From Rhynchopus sp. YZ270_cl-10 (taxonomy: Eukaryota), in NCBI GenBank assembly GCA_964035575.1, contig OZ037847.1:1674001-1731407 (forward strand): a stretch of 57,407 bases of DNA, written 5' to 3'. The notes under the pieces were generated by a model that was given only the letters and a program-made list of their open reading frames with translations, was not told where the DNA came from and searched no databases. Position numbers and translations under genes: made by a program. How positions within the stretch are numbered: the stretch's first letter is position 1; each line of letters opens with the position of its first letter. Shown here in pieces: positions 22,620-33,022 of the stretch.

Positions 22620-25600
22620 ATGACAACTGTCGCACCGAAGCCTGCAGAGAAGAACCTGCGTGTGGTTGTGGTGGTCGACACGACGGGGTCGATGGGGCAG
22701 TACTGCACATCCCTGAGCGACACGCTGCCGCAGATCTTCTCAGTGCTGAGAGTGCTGACGGCGGGGCGTGGACAGGTCGACATTGTGGCGTACGAGGACT
22801 ACTGCGACGGGACGAACCTGTTGAGGTCATGCTACGGAGACGAGGAGGCGGCAACGACGTTTGCAGGAACGCTGCGTGCAGGTGGTGGTGGGGACCGCCC
22901 CGAGGCTTCGAAGACAGCGCTGAACGAGGTTGTGCGGCACCTGCGTGAGGCAGAGGAGATGCACACGATTGTGCTCTTCTACACAGACGCACCGCCGCAC
23001 AGTGCACGCACCGGGGGCAGCAACTACGAGAAGGAGAAGAAAGCGCTCGCACAGATGCAGCCCGGTGCGGACTGGATGGCCATCACACGTGCCCTGCGCG
23101 ATGTGGGGGTGTCGAAGACGTACACCTTTGTTCCGAACCACGACGACGTGGTGGTGCGCTTCCAGGCCCTCCTCGGCCCCGTGGTGACGCTCCCCAACAC
23201 ACAGCCCGCGACCATCACGAAGATGACGATGGGTGTGCTGCTGCAGCTCATGGGGCAGGACTTCGCAGACGAGGCCCTAGGGGCGTGCGTGACGCGCTTT
23301 GTGAGCGGGCCTGCCCTGGACGGGCTGAGCGAGAAAGGGTGTGGGGGCTACCTGACGGCGTCTGTGAAGAAGGAGACGCGTGCAGGGGACTCGGCGAAGG
23401 TGGAGCAGCTGGTGATGATGGGCTTCGGAGAGGCTGTGGCTGTGGAGGCACTGCGCAGGAGCGGAGGGAATGCAGAGGCGGCTGTGGACCTGCTTGTGAG
23501 CGGCGCTGTGGTGGAGGGGGACGAGCAGGCACAGAAGAGTGCGGGGCTTGTGTTGCTGCAGCGTGGGATGCTTGACTTTGCACCCGTGGAGGGGTGGGCG
23601 TGCGACCTGCAGGCCTTGGCGCCGCTCTTTGAGAAGGACGAGAGCTTCCGTGACGTGGTGTTCCGGACGCTGCGGGAGCTGATTGTGCCTGACAAGGCGG
23701 AGCGTGCGCTTGCGCTGACGTACAACCGCGTGATAGGGCTGCTGTGGCGTTTGGCGTGCAGGCGACGTGAGGACGACCGTCTTGCAGGGCTGGCGGAGGC
23801 GCTGGGCCAGTGTGTGGGCAAGCTGCAGGGGGAGCAGCAGGCACAGCTGCGGACGTGGATCGACGAGTCATACGACAGGTCTGCGGAGGTGTGCGAGCTT
23901 GTGGCGGGTGCCGGGACGGGCGCGGGTGTGTACGTGCTGGAGGCAGGGCCTGGGGTGGTGCTGCCGTCGAAGGATGACATGCGGTCGCTTGTGCACGCCC
24001 CGACACCGGCAGTGCTTGCTGCGGTGCAGAAGCTGCTGACGTGTGTCGTGTTTGTGGACGCCACGCAGGCAGACGCTATGGAGCTGCCGCACACCAGCCC
24101 TACCGACGGGAACGAGAAGGTGCCGCTGTGGGTGCCGGCAGCGTTTGACGACCACCAGCTGTTCTCGATGCTCCCGTCGCTGGCGCTGCCAGGGCTGCTG
24201 GTGACACAGCGCCCTGCGTGCATCATTGCGATACTCGCCTACCTGAGCGGGAACGAGCACCTCAAGGGGCGGGCGGCGGCACTCCTGGAGCGCGCCAAGG
24301 GGCGGTGGATCCCGAAGATCGAGAAGCTGGAGGACTACCCCGAGATCCTGGCGGCAGGGTTTGTGCGTCTTGTGGTGCGTGTGCCGGAGTTCCTGACGGA
24401 GGAGGAGACGTCGCTGTACGGGACGATCGACAAGGTGTTGCGGGTGCGGAAGGCACAGAACATGCGTGTCGACGTGCGGTGTGGGTACCGCCCGATGAAG
24501 GAGCGTCTGTACCACGACGAGAAGGCGATGTGCTCGCAGTGCAAGACAGCACGCTCGCTGACGCTGATGAAGGGCGGCGTGTGCGGGCTGTGCCACGAGG
24601 CTGCCACGCGTGCGCAGCGTGGTGACGCTGCCGCCGCTGGGGATGGCCCTGCCAGCGTGGAGCCTGCGGAGGGGCAGTCGCACCTTGTGGAGTGCAGGAC
24701 GTGCAGTGTTGTGTACGCTGTTGTGAACCCTGCGCTGTTGAACGTGGCGCCAAAGTGCTGGTACTGCCGCACAGGGGGTGTGGCGCCTGCTGTGGAGTGC
24801 ACAGGGTGCAAGAACAGGTTTGTGCGTCCCGACGGCGTGGCAGAGGGTGCTGCGACGACGTGTGGGGAGTGCGTCCACCGCCCTGCTGACTGCGTGCACG
24901 TTGAGGAGGCGGTGTACAGCAAGCTGCAGGCGGAGAACCCTGCACTGTACGGGCTGCTGGGGTACACGACTGCGGACGAGGAGGCGCTCTCATCGACCAT
25001 GAGCACGTACAAGCTGTGGAACAAGCACCCAGAGCTGTTTGCAGAGCCATCCGCAGAGGCGTCTGCAGCAGCAGCGACAGCAACAGCAACACTGACCTGG
25101 AAGAAGCACAGTGTGATGAACGCTGCTGAGGTGTGTGCGCAGATCACCACACGCGTGGCCAAGGGTGACCTGGCAGACATGTGCAACCTGTGCTTTGAGG
25201 ACGTCGCCGTGGCAGGGCTCGAGAGTGCGTGTGGGACCTGCAACAACGTGGCGTGCCGGAAGTGTCTGACGGCATGGTACTCCTCGATGAAGCCTGGGTG
25301 TGTGTACACCCCCACGCTTGGGCTGTGCCCGTTCTGCAAGCGCCGCCCGTTGGGGAGCACACTGGCGAAGTACAACAAGCGTGCCTGTGCGGTGGTGACG
25401 AGCAAGAAGCACCGTGTGGGGGAGGACGAGCTTCGCGCGGATATGTGCTACGCGTGGTGTGCGACGTGCTACAAGGTGAAGGAGGCCTTCCCGAAGGTGT
25501 GCGGGGCGCGTGTCGACGAGGACAAGATCAAAGCTTTCCGCTGCCACGGCTGTGTGGAGGACGCTGCACGCGAGGAGGCGGCGGCAGCAGCACTGCGCGA

Positions 25601-25802
25601 AGGTGTGGAGACGGCCCTTGCCGACCCTGCGTCGCTGCAGTGCCCACAGTGCGCCGCCCCCACCTTCAAGGCGGACGGCTGCAACCACATCTCCTGCCTC
25701 TGCGGCTGCGAGTGGTGCTGGGAGTGTGGTGGCGACTTCACGAACGAAGACATCTACGAGCACATGGAGGATGCGCATGGAGGGATTGGTATTGAGTACT
25801 GA
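22620..25802 (+). CDS. vWA + UBA + multi-CxxC + RING + IBR/RING2 protein (putative RBR-like E3 ubiquitin ligase), intronless
   Basis: VVVVDTTGSM (MIDAS-like), QLVMMGF...EALRRSGGNAEAAVDLL (UBA), CNLC...CGTC...CRKC...CPFC (RING-like), CPQC...DGCNHISCLCGCEWCWEC (RING2/Rcat). ACAATG start. Confidence 0.88.
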   Translation: MTTVAPKPAEKNLRVVVVVDTTGSMGQYCTSLSDTLPQIFSVLRVLTAGRGQVDIVAYEDYCDGTNLLRSCYGDEEAATTFAGTLRAGGGGDRPEASKTALNEVVRHLREAEEMHTIVLFYTDAPPHSARTGGSNYEKEKKALAQMQPGADWMAITRALRDVGVSKTYTFVPNHDDVVVRFQALLGPVVTLPNTQPATITKMTMGVLLQLMGQDFADEALGACVTRFVSGPALDGLSEKGCGGYLTASVKKETRAGDSAKVEQLVMMGFGEAVAVEALRRSGGNAEAAVDLLVSGAVVEGDEQAQKSAGLVLLQRGMLDFAPVEGWACDLQALAPLFEKDESFRDVVFRTLRELIVPDKAERALALTYNRVIGLLWRLACRRREDDRLAGLAEALGQCVGKLQGEQQAQLRTWIDESYDRSAEVCELVAGAGTGAGVYVLEAGPGVVLPSKDDMRSLVHAPTPAVLAAVQKLLTCVVFVDATQADAMELPHTSPTDGNEKVPLWVPAAFDDHQLFSMLPSLALPGLLVTQRPACIIAILAYLSGNEHLKGRAAALLERAKGRWIPKIEKLEDYPEILAAGFVRLVVRVPEFLTEEETSLYGTIDKVLRVRKAQNMRVDVRCGYRPMKERLYHDEKAMCSQCKTARSLTLMKGGVCGLCHEAATRAQRGDAAAAGDGPASVEPAEGQSHLVECRTCSVVYAVVNPALLNVAPKCWYCRTGGVAPAVECTGCKNRFVRPDGVAEGAATTCGECVHRPADCVHVEEAVYSKLQAENPALYGLLGYTTADEEALSSTMSTYKLWNKHPELFAEPSAEASAAAATATATLTWKKHSVMNAAEVCAQITTRVAKGDLADMCNLCFEDVAVAGLESACGTCNNVACRKCLTAWYSSMKPGCVYTPTLGLCPFCKRRPLGSTLAKYNKRACAVVTSKKHRVGEDELRADMCYAWCATCYKVKEAFPKVCGARVDEDKIKAFRCHGCVEDAAREEAAAAALREGVETALADPASLQCPQCAAPTFKADGCNHISCLCGCEWCWECGGDFTNEDIYEHMEDAHGGIGIEY

Positions 25803-26401
25803 GGTTTTGAGATGTTGAGGAGAAGAGCAGCCCGACAGCGTGCAGCGATCCGAACTGCCACCCAACCAACCAACCAACCACAGCAGCAGTGTTGTGCGTT
25901 GCGTCTAACCTTCTTCTTTGGGTGTGCAAGGGTTCCTCGCTGGGAGATATTAAGCACTCATCTTAATTTATGATTTTCTCTTTTGTCTCAAAGAAGCGTG
26001 CTACATAATTTTTAGGCGAGACTCTTTGTTTGTTGTTGTTGTTTCTTTTTCCTTTTTGCTTTTTGTTTCTTATTCTTCCTGCTCACACAACGCTATCCAC
26101 TAACCTCTACTGTTTTGTTGTGCACGCACGGGTCTTCGAGATTCGGGGCACACATAACATACATACATGTATATTTTCTAGCGTTCCCAACGATTTTTTG
26201 TTGGATCTTGTTGCACAGGTGCATTACAGACATTACAGATTTTCTGGATGATCTTGTTGTTGATTTGCCTCTATCGTAGAAAGTATTGCATATTAAAACT
26301 CACACCCACCTACTTTTACGTCTACGGAATTTTGTTCTTGCTCCATGGGGTTTCTCTACACCACCAATTTCAGGGGTTCACACACAATACATTCTTCTAC
26401 G

Positions 26402-27343
26402 ATGTCTGCGCAGCTCTTCCTGGTGGCATCGGTAGTGTCGGCCCTGCCTTGGTACATTGAGGTGGGGGACACGAAGTGTGCGGCAGTGGCAGAGGCACCG
26501 GACACATCGACAGTGCTGGTGGGGTGCACGGACGGCGTGCATGCTGTGGACGTTGCAACGGAGAAGGTTGTGCAGAGGAGCGCACTTCCGGAGGTGGCGG
26601 CGATTGCGGTTGACAGCACGCACCACTACGCGTACCTGCTGCAGGCGAGCAACGTGACTGTCGTGAGAACAAGGAACATCGCAACCACTCTGACGACACT
26701 AGACCTGGCACCCTTTGGTGTCGTTTCAGTGAAGAGCGCCCACCTCGACACTGTGCGTGGGTACCTCTTTGTAGCAACTACCACCGGCGTGGTTGTGGTG
26801 AATGTGAAGGTCCCCCGTCGTCCTGTGGTTGTATTCCAGGACACAGCGAACGTGTTTGAGCTGACGAGCGGAGCATACCAGGTGAGCACACAGGTCTTCG
26901 TCGGTGGCGTGTCGGGCGGCGTTGTTGTGTACGACATGAGCAATCCCCTAGAGGGAGCGCTAGTGGCGCAGCAGGAGATTCTGGGGGGGAATGCACAGGT
27001 CGGACTTGTGGGGACCTCGCTTGCTGTGTGCATGGTAGGCACGCTGAAGCCTCTGTATGTGTACGACATCACAGATCCCACAACCCTTGTGTTCACTGCA
27101 AACGAAGAGTCCGAGGCTTGCTGGAAGATCGCCACAGACGCGAAGACTAAGGTGTGCACAGCGGCGTCGGAAAAAGCAGACGTGTGGAAGGTGGTGGGGA
27201 CCTCTGTGAGCACCCCCAACGGCTTCAGCGGCAACCTGGGGTCCATTTCCGCAGCGCTCTCTGGGGACGGCAACATCCTGTACATGGGGCTCTCATCCAG
27301 AGGACTGGGTCTCTACAATGTTACGTTTACGTCAGTCAACTAG
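26402..27343 (+). CDS. Secreted beta-propeller protein with LVIVD-like repeats
   Basis: Hydrophobic N-terminus MSAQLFLVASVVSA. Repeats VVVVNVKVPRRPVVV, VVVYDMSNPLEGALV, LYVYDITDPTTLVF. Confidence 0.75.
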   Translation: MSAQLFLVASVVSALPWYIEVGDTKCAAVAEAPDTSTVLVGCTDGVHAVDVATEKVVQRSALPEVAAIAVDSTHHYAYLLQASNVTVVRTRNIATTLTTLDLAPFGVVSVKSAHLDTVRGYLFVATTTGVVVVNVKVPRRPVVVFQDTANVFELTSGAYQVSTQVFVGGVSGGVVVYDMSNPLEGALVAQQEILGGNAQVGLVGTSLAVCMVGTLKPLYVYDITDPTTLVFTANEESEACWKIATDAKTKVCTAASEKADVWKVVGTSVSTPNGFSGNLGSISAALSGDGNILYMGLSSRGLGLYNVTFTSVN

Positions 27344-27844
27344 TCTGCTGGTTTTTGAAGCGCGCCCTTTGGTTTTTTGGAGATGGGCATTGTTAGCATC
27401 TCTTGATTCCTTTATTTTTTGAATACCGTGGGGGGGTAATATTTGGACCACATCGAGTACCAAATGTCTCCCCAACGGAAGCGTACCCATTAATTCTTGA
27501 TTCCATTGATTGTTTGAAAATAACTCAATCCTTCATGTACTATGTATGTGTCTGCTGCTCGTACAATCTTCTTCGTTAGGGGGCAGCCGTGTGTGTCCTC
27601 GTTATTCGTACAAATTATGTGCTGCAAAAAAGGTCGAACTAGAAAAAAATCCAGAAAAGGTCGAACATTAATACGGCCGATAATTTGTACGATAATACGA
27701 TAATATTATGCTCTTTTGTTTCTAGTTTCTAATCAATATTTTGCCTTTTTATGAAATCTTCAGGAGTCCCAAAACAAAAACGACTTTCCCTATTTGGTCT
27801 ATCCTCGCCCTTGTGCACCTTCTCACAGGGTTATTTTAATTAAT

Positions 27845-27960
27845 GGGGATAAGGACAGTCTGGCCCACTACGTTTGACATTTGGACAGTATGGGCCCAAC
27901 ATGTTTCGATAAAGACAGTTCAGCCCCAAACGTTTGCAAAAAAGACAGTTCAGACCCAGG
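27845..27960. repeat. Four degenerate ~30-bp tandem repeats with a GACAGT core, possibly one end of a Mutator/Phantom-like element
   Basis: GACAGTCTGGCCC, GACAGTATGGGCCC, GACAGTTCAGCCCC and GACAGTTCAGACCC at ~30-bp spacing, starting after GGGG. Confidence 0.55.
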
Positions 27961-28059
27961 CAGCGGTAGGGAGGGTTTGCGGGTTTCTGGTAGGCGGGGG
28001 GTTCGCGGGGGGTGCCCAGGCGCCCAGATACGCAGGTACACTGGTACACAGGCACCCCA

Positions 28060-28811
28060 ATCCTAAAAAACCTTAGTTTTTTAGTCTTTACTATAGAGAT
28101 GTGCGCCACCCACACACCCACACACACTACCCACCCACACACCACACACTCCCTCACCACAGGTAGGATTTGACCAAAAAATCGATTTTTTTAAATAAAT
28201 AGTTGCTCTTCCAAAAGTGAATTTTTTGGGCTTAACGTGTTGTTTGGGGGTATTGAGGCCCAAAAAAAAAAATTTAAGACAGTCCTGTTCAAAAAATGGA
28301 CTGCCAAATGACATGTGGCATTCGGCCAAAAATCAGCTTTTTTGGTCATTTTTACCTCGTAAAACATGGCACTTGTGGCATGCTTCCCAGCACACAAAAG
28401 TGCATTGAAAAACCTGAAAAAACACATGTAATATGTGATGGTCAAAAGTGCAAGATTCCTTCGTTAATGAACTTTTTGAGTACTAGTTATACCTGGGGAA
28501 TATGGTCAGATCACACTTTTGACCATCTGGCGTTTACCACAAAAACACCACTTTTTCAACAGGCCACTTTTCACCTGAAAAGCCAGTTCATGAAGGCACG
28601 AGTGAGGTTTTTTTGTGATGCGAACGCCCCGCGGGGAGCGAATAGCTGACCGCCTGCCCAGTGCGTGAGGTGCTTACAAAAAAAACCACCTGTAAAAAAA
28701 GTGAGGTCCTCATCACGTTTCCATGGAAGTGTCACACAAGAACGACAGGTTTTTTAGCCCGTCACCAAATCGATTTTTTTAAATAAATAGTTGCTCTTCC
28801 AAAAGTGAATT
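28060..28811 (+). repeat. Dispersed monomer of satellite family B
   Basis: Near-identical to 52752-53527 (CCTAAAAAACCTTAG...CA tract...GGCACGAGTGAGG...CCCGTCACCAAATCG). Confidence 0.92.
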
Positions 28812-29000
28812 GCCAGAGTCAAGGGTCCCCCCAGAAGTTTTGTTGGCAATCAACAGAACTTTATTACCTAGGGAGGCCCTGAAAAACCCCAGACCGGTTT
28901 TTCGGTCTGTAGACCGGCATTTTAAACTCCCCTGCCTCACTCCTCCTCCTATACACCAACATCACCAACAGGTTTACGAGTAACAACACAAACACAAACA

Positions 29001-30300
29001 ATGCAGCGGATTCTGCACACACGTACCACAAGGTTGCCATTCTTTGTCTCGCGGTCGTTCTCAGTTACCCCTACGCTGTGGAACAAGAGCAACAAGAATA
29101 TTGACCTGACCCCCTTTCTGAAGAGAAATTATTTACCCAACTGGTTTACCAAATGGAACCTTCACCCCACCAGCAAATGGCACCTGAAGTGGGTGAAACC
29201 CTTTTGCGATGTGCAATTTAAGAGTGGTCTTGGGTTCACCGAGGACAACCTCCAGAACATCGAACTGTTGCCGGAACAGAGGGTGTTTGCCGAGTGCCCT
29301 GCCAGAAGGGACGACATCATCAAAGGAAGGTGGGACCTGAAGCTGGAGGGTGTGCCTGTGAGAAACTTGGGTCGTGTCGAGCAGAACGTCAACGGAGTGT
29401 TCTCACAGCTGCATGCAGTCCTCCAACACAGTGCGGTTGTGAACGGTGTGCCAGTGAAGAGAAAGAGAAAGAGAAAGAGGGCGGAGAAGGGCGTGGATAC
29501 GGCTGCAATGCAACTGGCAACTTTATGTGGGTTCAATGACGGCAAGCAGTTCCAGATCGGCGGCCTAGTAACCGACTTCAAGTTTGCCGGGTGGGCGATC
29601 AACTGCGAGGCTGACGTTTACGTGGCAAGGCGCAACACCGGAGGACCAGAGCAACTTGTCTTGATATGGGAGGGCAACGTGTCGAAGAACAGCTCTGGTG
29701 GAAGCAATATGACTGAGAAGATGCTGGAGGCCTCTGCTGCCCAGATTATTGGGGAGATGATTTCAGTCCACTACCAGAACGCGGAGCATAAGTTCGACGC
29801 ATGCGAGGTGTATGCAATCCGCCTCATCGACGACTTGGTTGCTTTCTTCAAGATGGAGATGAGCGCAGAGCAGGTTGAGGATGTGTGCGATAAGGGTGTC
29901 ATCCCAAACAAGGCACTCCGGGTATAACTATTGTTGCGTATTTATTTTTGTATAAACATTCACTCAACCCCACGAGTGGAGATCTGTCACTGTGTCGACT
30001 GAAGCCTTTATGCTTCAAAAAGGTTAAGACGCAGGTTGTCCTCAACCCTGCAGCAAAGCTTATATTATTACTAGTGAATTTTTCATGCCGTTTTTGTTTC
30101 AACAGGTTGAGTACGTTCCGAAGACTGCACTGAAGTCTGGCGAGGACTTCGGAGTGAGCCTGCTGGACCCTGACAACAGACTCTGGTTCGTGCAGATAAT
30201 GGCGTGCATCCGTGCCAAGATCCTGACGCATCCGATGCCCGAAGCACCAGTGTGGGAGTCGAATGCAGTGGGCAAGAAGGCTGATCCGAGCAATCTCTAG
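29001..30300 (+). CDS. Hypothetical protein with a PD-(D/E)xK/REase-like motif order, 2 exons (29001-29921, 30106-30300)
   Basis: ACAATG start. A phase-0 GTATAA...CAACAG intron joins two ORF-track ORFs. Motifs EADVYV...LIWEGN...QIIGEM...VYAIRL...FFK. Confidence 0.7.
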
Positions 30301-30829
30301 CCTGCACCGGGAATACGTTTTTTTGGCCATTTAAGCAGTAATTCCCGCCGAATAAAGTATACGTATACTTTAATAGCTCCCCCCCAGTAATTTGATTCAG
30401 GGGTTTTGTCTTTTTTGTTTTGTTTATGATCGAATCCAAGTTCAAATAGTCAAAATAAAGTCGGAGAGAAGGTATTTAAGAATTCTTTGATGAGATGGTT
30501 GGAAGAGGAGTCGCGCGTGTGCTTTGGTATCCTGGTTTCGACACAGCAAGGCACCACAGCAGACTTCAAGTCCGTTTGGAATATGGGTTTGGGGCAAAAT
30601 CGGGTTAAATCGGGTCAGATTCCGAGCTTTAAAGTCAAACACAACAAGAATGAAAAGGTCGTTTCACAAGAAATGTCACACGTTGATGATACGATACACG
30701 CGTGAAGAGGGAAAAGGCAAACCAAAAATGTGAAAACAGTCTGTTCTATAAATCCGTTGATACTTCGGTCTCAGGTAGTATACTTGGTGCGCAAGTTGCT
30801 TGACGAAAAGATTGACGCTTGTGTACACG

Positions 30830-31149
30830 GGTTCTACGGAAAGCAGAGCAGGAGTGTTGTGTCAGCCGTATAGGCAGGCATGGGTGATGGCAAATCGCGC
30901 TTGTTAGATGAAATGAAGTCCATCTGCTTCGGTGTTCAGGAAGAGATCGTTTACTGCCTTTTCTGCAACTTTGAGAAAGACACGATGATCCAAGAATTGC
31001 CTTCTCAGACAAACCTTCAGGATGTACAGAAGCAAGTACACAAAGAGATTCTGGACCGCCTCATGTTCTTCCTGATGGATGGTGTGACTAACGGACCTTG
31101 TCCCGTCGGGGGAAGCGGTTTCCAACCTACGAATGGGTGTGCAGGGTAA
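30830..31149 (+). pseudogene. Degenerate P-loop NTPase fragment
   Basis: AGMGDGKSRLLDE (Walker A-like), immediately preceded by an in-frame TAG. The frame ends after ~90 codons. Confidence 0.45.
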
Positions 31150-31614
31150 TGAGACAGGGGTTTGCGGTAAGTTTCTAATGCGGTGCGAAAGTCCACCCCA
31201 GAAGCACCACCCTCATGACTGAGAGTGAAATATGAATCTTAGTTCACACGAATACAGTATTTTGTTCAGCGTTTGCGGAGGTCGAAGTACAATTTCTACA
31301 GGGGGCAGTGAAAGAGGGTACAACAGGATGCTACGGTGGGTGAAGGAAGGTTGTGGGGATAAAGTGATGTGGGTTTCAGGTCTTTTTTCCTCTTTTTTGT
31401 TGTGAGTTTTATGTTCGGTTCATATGTTGTCTAGCCCAGAGTAACAAAAGAAGAGCTGCAGTAAACGAAAGAAAGGTTTCTGTCGTGATGATGTTTTATT
31501 GTTGAACCCAGCCCCCTCTCACTGTTCCTCTCTTCCTCTCTCCTTCTCTACATCATACAGACTCACTACAGGTTTGCAAATAGGACACAAACACAATGCG
31601 TCGGCTTGCGATGT

Positions 31615-31744
31615 GTTTGCGGGTTTGCGGGTTTGCGGGTTTGCGGGTTTGCGGGTTTGCGGGTTTGCGGGTTTGCGGGTTTGCGGGTTTGCGGGTTTGC
31701 GGGTTTGCGGGTTTGCGGGTTTGCGGGTTTGCGGGTTTGCGGGT
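31615..31744 (+). repeat. (GGGTTTGC)n 8-bp tandem array, ~16 copies
   Basis: Perfect repeats read directly from the sequence. Confidence 0.98.
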
Positions 31745-31791
31745 GTACGTCAGGACCACGTCGTGTGCCGTGAGATTAAGCTGAACGGGTA

Positions 31792-31832
31792 GGAGAAGTG
31801 CCCGTTGCCCTTCGGGCAACGGGCATTTCTCC
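31792..31832. other. 19-bp hairpin GGAGAAGTGCCCGTTGCCC-TTC-GGGCAACGGGCATTTCTCC
   Basis: The arms are reverse complements except for one G-T pair. Confidence 0.8.
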
Positions 31833-32213
31833 GAGTTGATGGCAGGGCACCCTGATACTGCGCATCTTTGAGGCGAGGAAGGACCGGGAGGGGAAGTCGT
31901 TCCTCACGACCTGCAAGGGCACGTCAGACAGTTTATACTTCAAGGACAACCGCACTGCGACAGACGGGGACGCTTTGCCATGATCAGAATGAACTCCTGT
32001 GTGCTGAACTTGGGGACCGAGGAGGTGGGGATGATCCGTTCCACCTTCAGTTGTACTGTCCGGATGGAGTGCAAGCAGAAGGTGCGAAGGCGAGTGCATA
32101 GCATGAGTTCAAGTTGACGGTGCACACCAGTTCAGCAGGGTCCACTCACTGCTGTGTGCATGGGAGGAAGAGTGCAGAAGTGACTGAGGAGTCACTTCAC
32201 ACAGAGTGGCCTT

Positions 32214-32740
32214 CCTTGCACAGCATCCTTGCACAGCATCCTTGCACAGCATCCTTGCACAGCATCCTTGCACAGCATCCTTGCACAGCATCCTTGCACA
32301 GCATCCTTGCACAGCATCCTTGCACAGCATCCTTGCACAGCATCCTTGCACAGCATCCTTGCACAGCATCCTTGCACAGCATCCTTGCACAGCATCCTTG
32401 CACAGCATCCTTGCACAGCATCCTTGCACAGCATCCTTGCACAGCATCCTTGCACAGCATCCTTGCACAGCATCCTTGCACAGCATCCTTGCACAGCATC
32501 CTTGCACAGCATCCTTGCACAGCATCCTTGCACAGCATCCATGCACAGCATCCTTGCACAGCATCCTTGCACAGCATCCTTGCACAGCATCCTTGCACAG
32601 CATCCTTGCACAGCATCCTTGCACAGCATCCTTGCACAGCATCCATGCACAGCATCCTTGCACAGCATCCTTGCACAGCATCCTTGCACAGCATCCTTGC
32701 ACAGCATCCTTGCACAGCATCCTTGCACAGCATCCTTGCA
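32214..32740. repeat. 13-bp minisatellite (CCTTGCACAGCAT)n, ~40 copies
   Basis: Read directly; two units carry a CCATGCA variant. Confidence 0.98.
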
Positions 32741-32925
32741 AACCCGCAAACCCGGAAAACCCGCAAACCCGTAAACCCGCAAACCCGCAAACCCGCAAAC
32801 CCGCAAACCCGCAAACCCGCAAACCCGCAAACCCGCAAACCCGCAAACCTGCAAACCCGCAAACCCGCAAACCCGCAAACCCGCAAACCCGCAAACCCGC
32901 AAACCCGCAAACCCGCAAACCCGCA
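32738..32925 (-). repeat. (GCAAACCC)n array, ~23 copies, reverse complement of the 31615 array
   Basis: Read directly; three variant units. Confidence 0.98.
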
Positions 32926-33021
32926 CGAGAAGTGAGCAACCATCGTTATCTAGCTGGTGTGTGTGATAGCAGGCTGGTGTGCCTGAAGCGTAATTATGTT
33001 AGATTACAACTATCTAATATG

Positions 33022-33022
<1 letters not shown>

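Noticed and set aside
684..27285. Long antisense ORFs (e.g. 684-1778, 11421-12995, 23348-25877, 26626-27285)
   Set aside because: They shadow GC3-rich plus-strand genes and have no domain motifs of their own.
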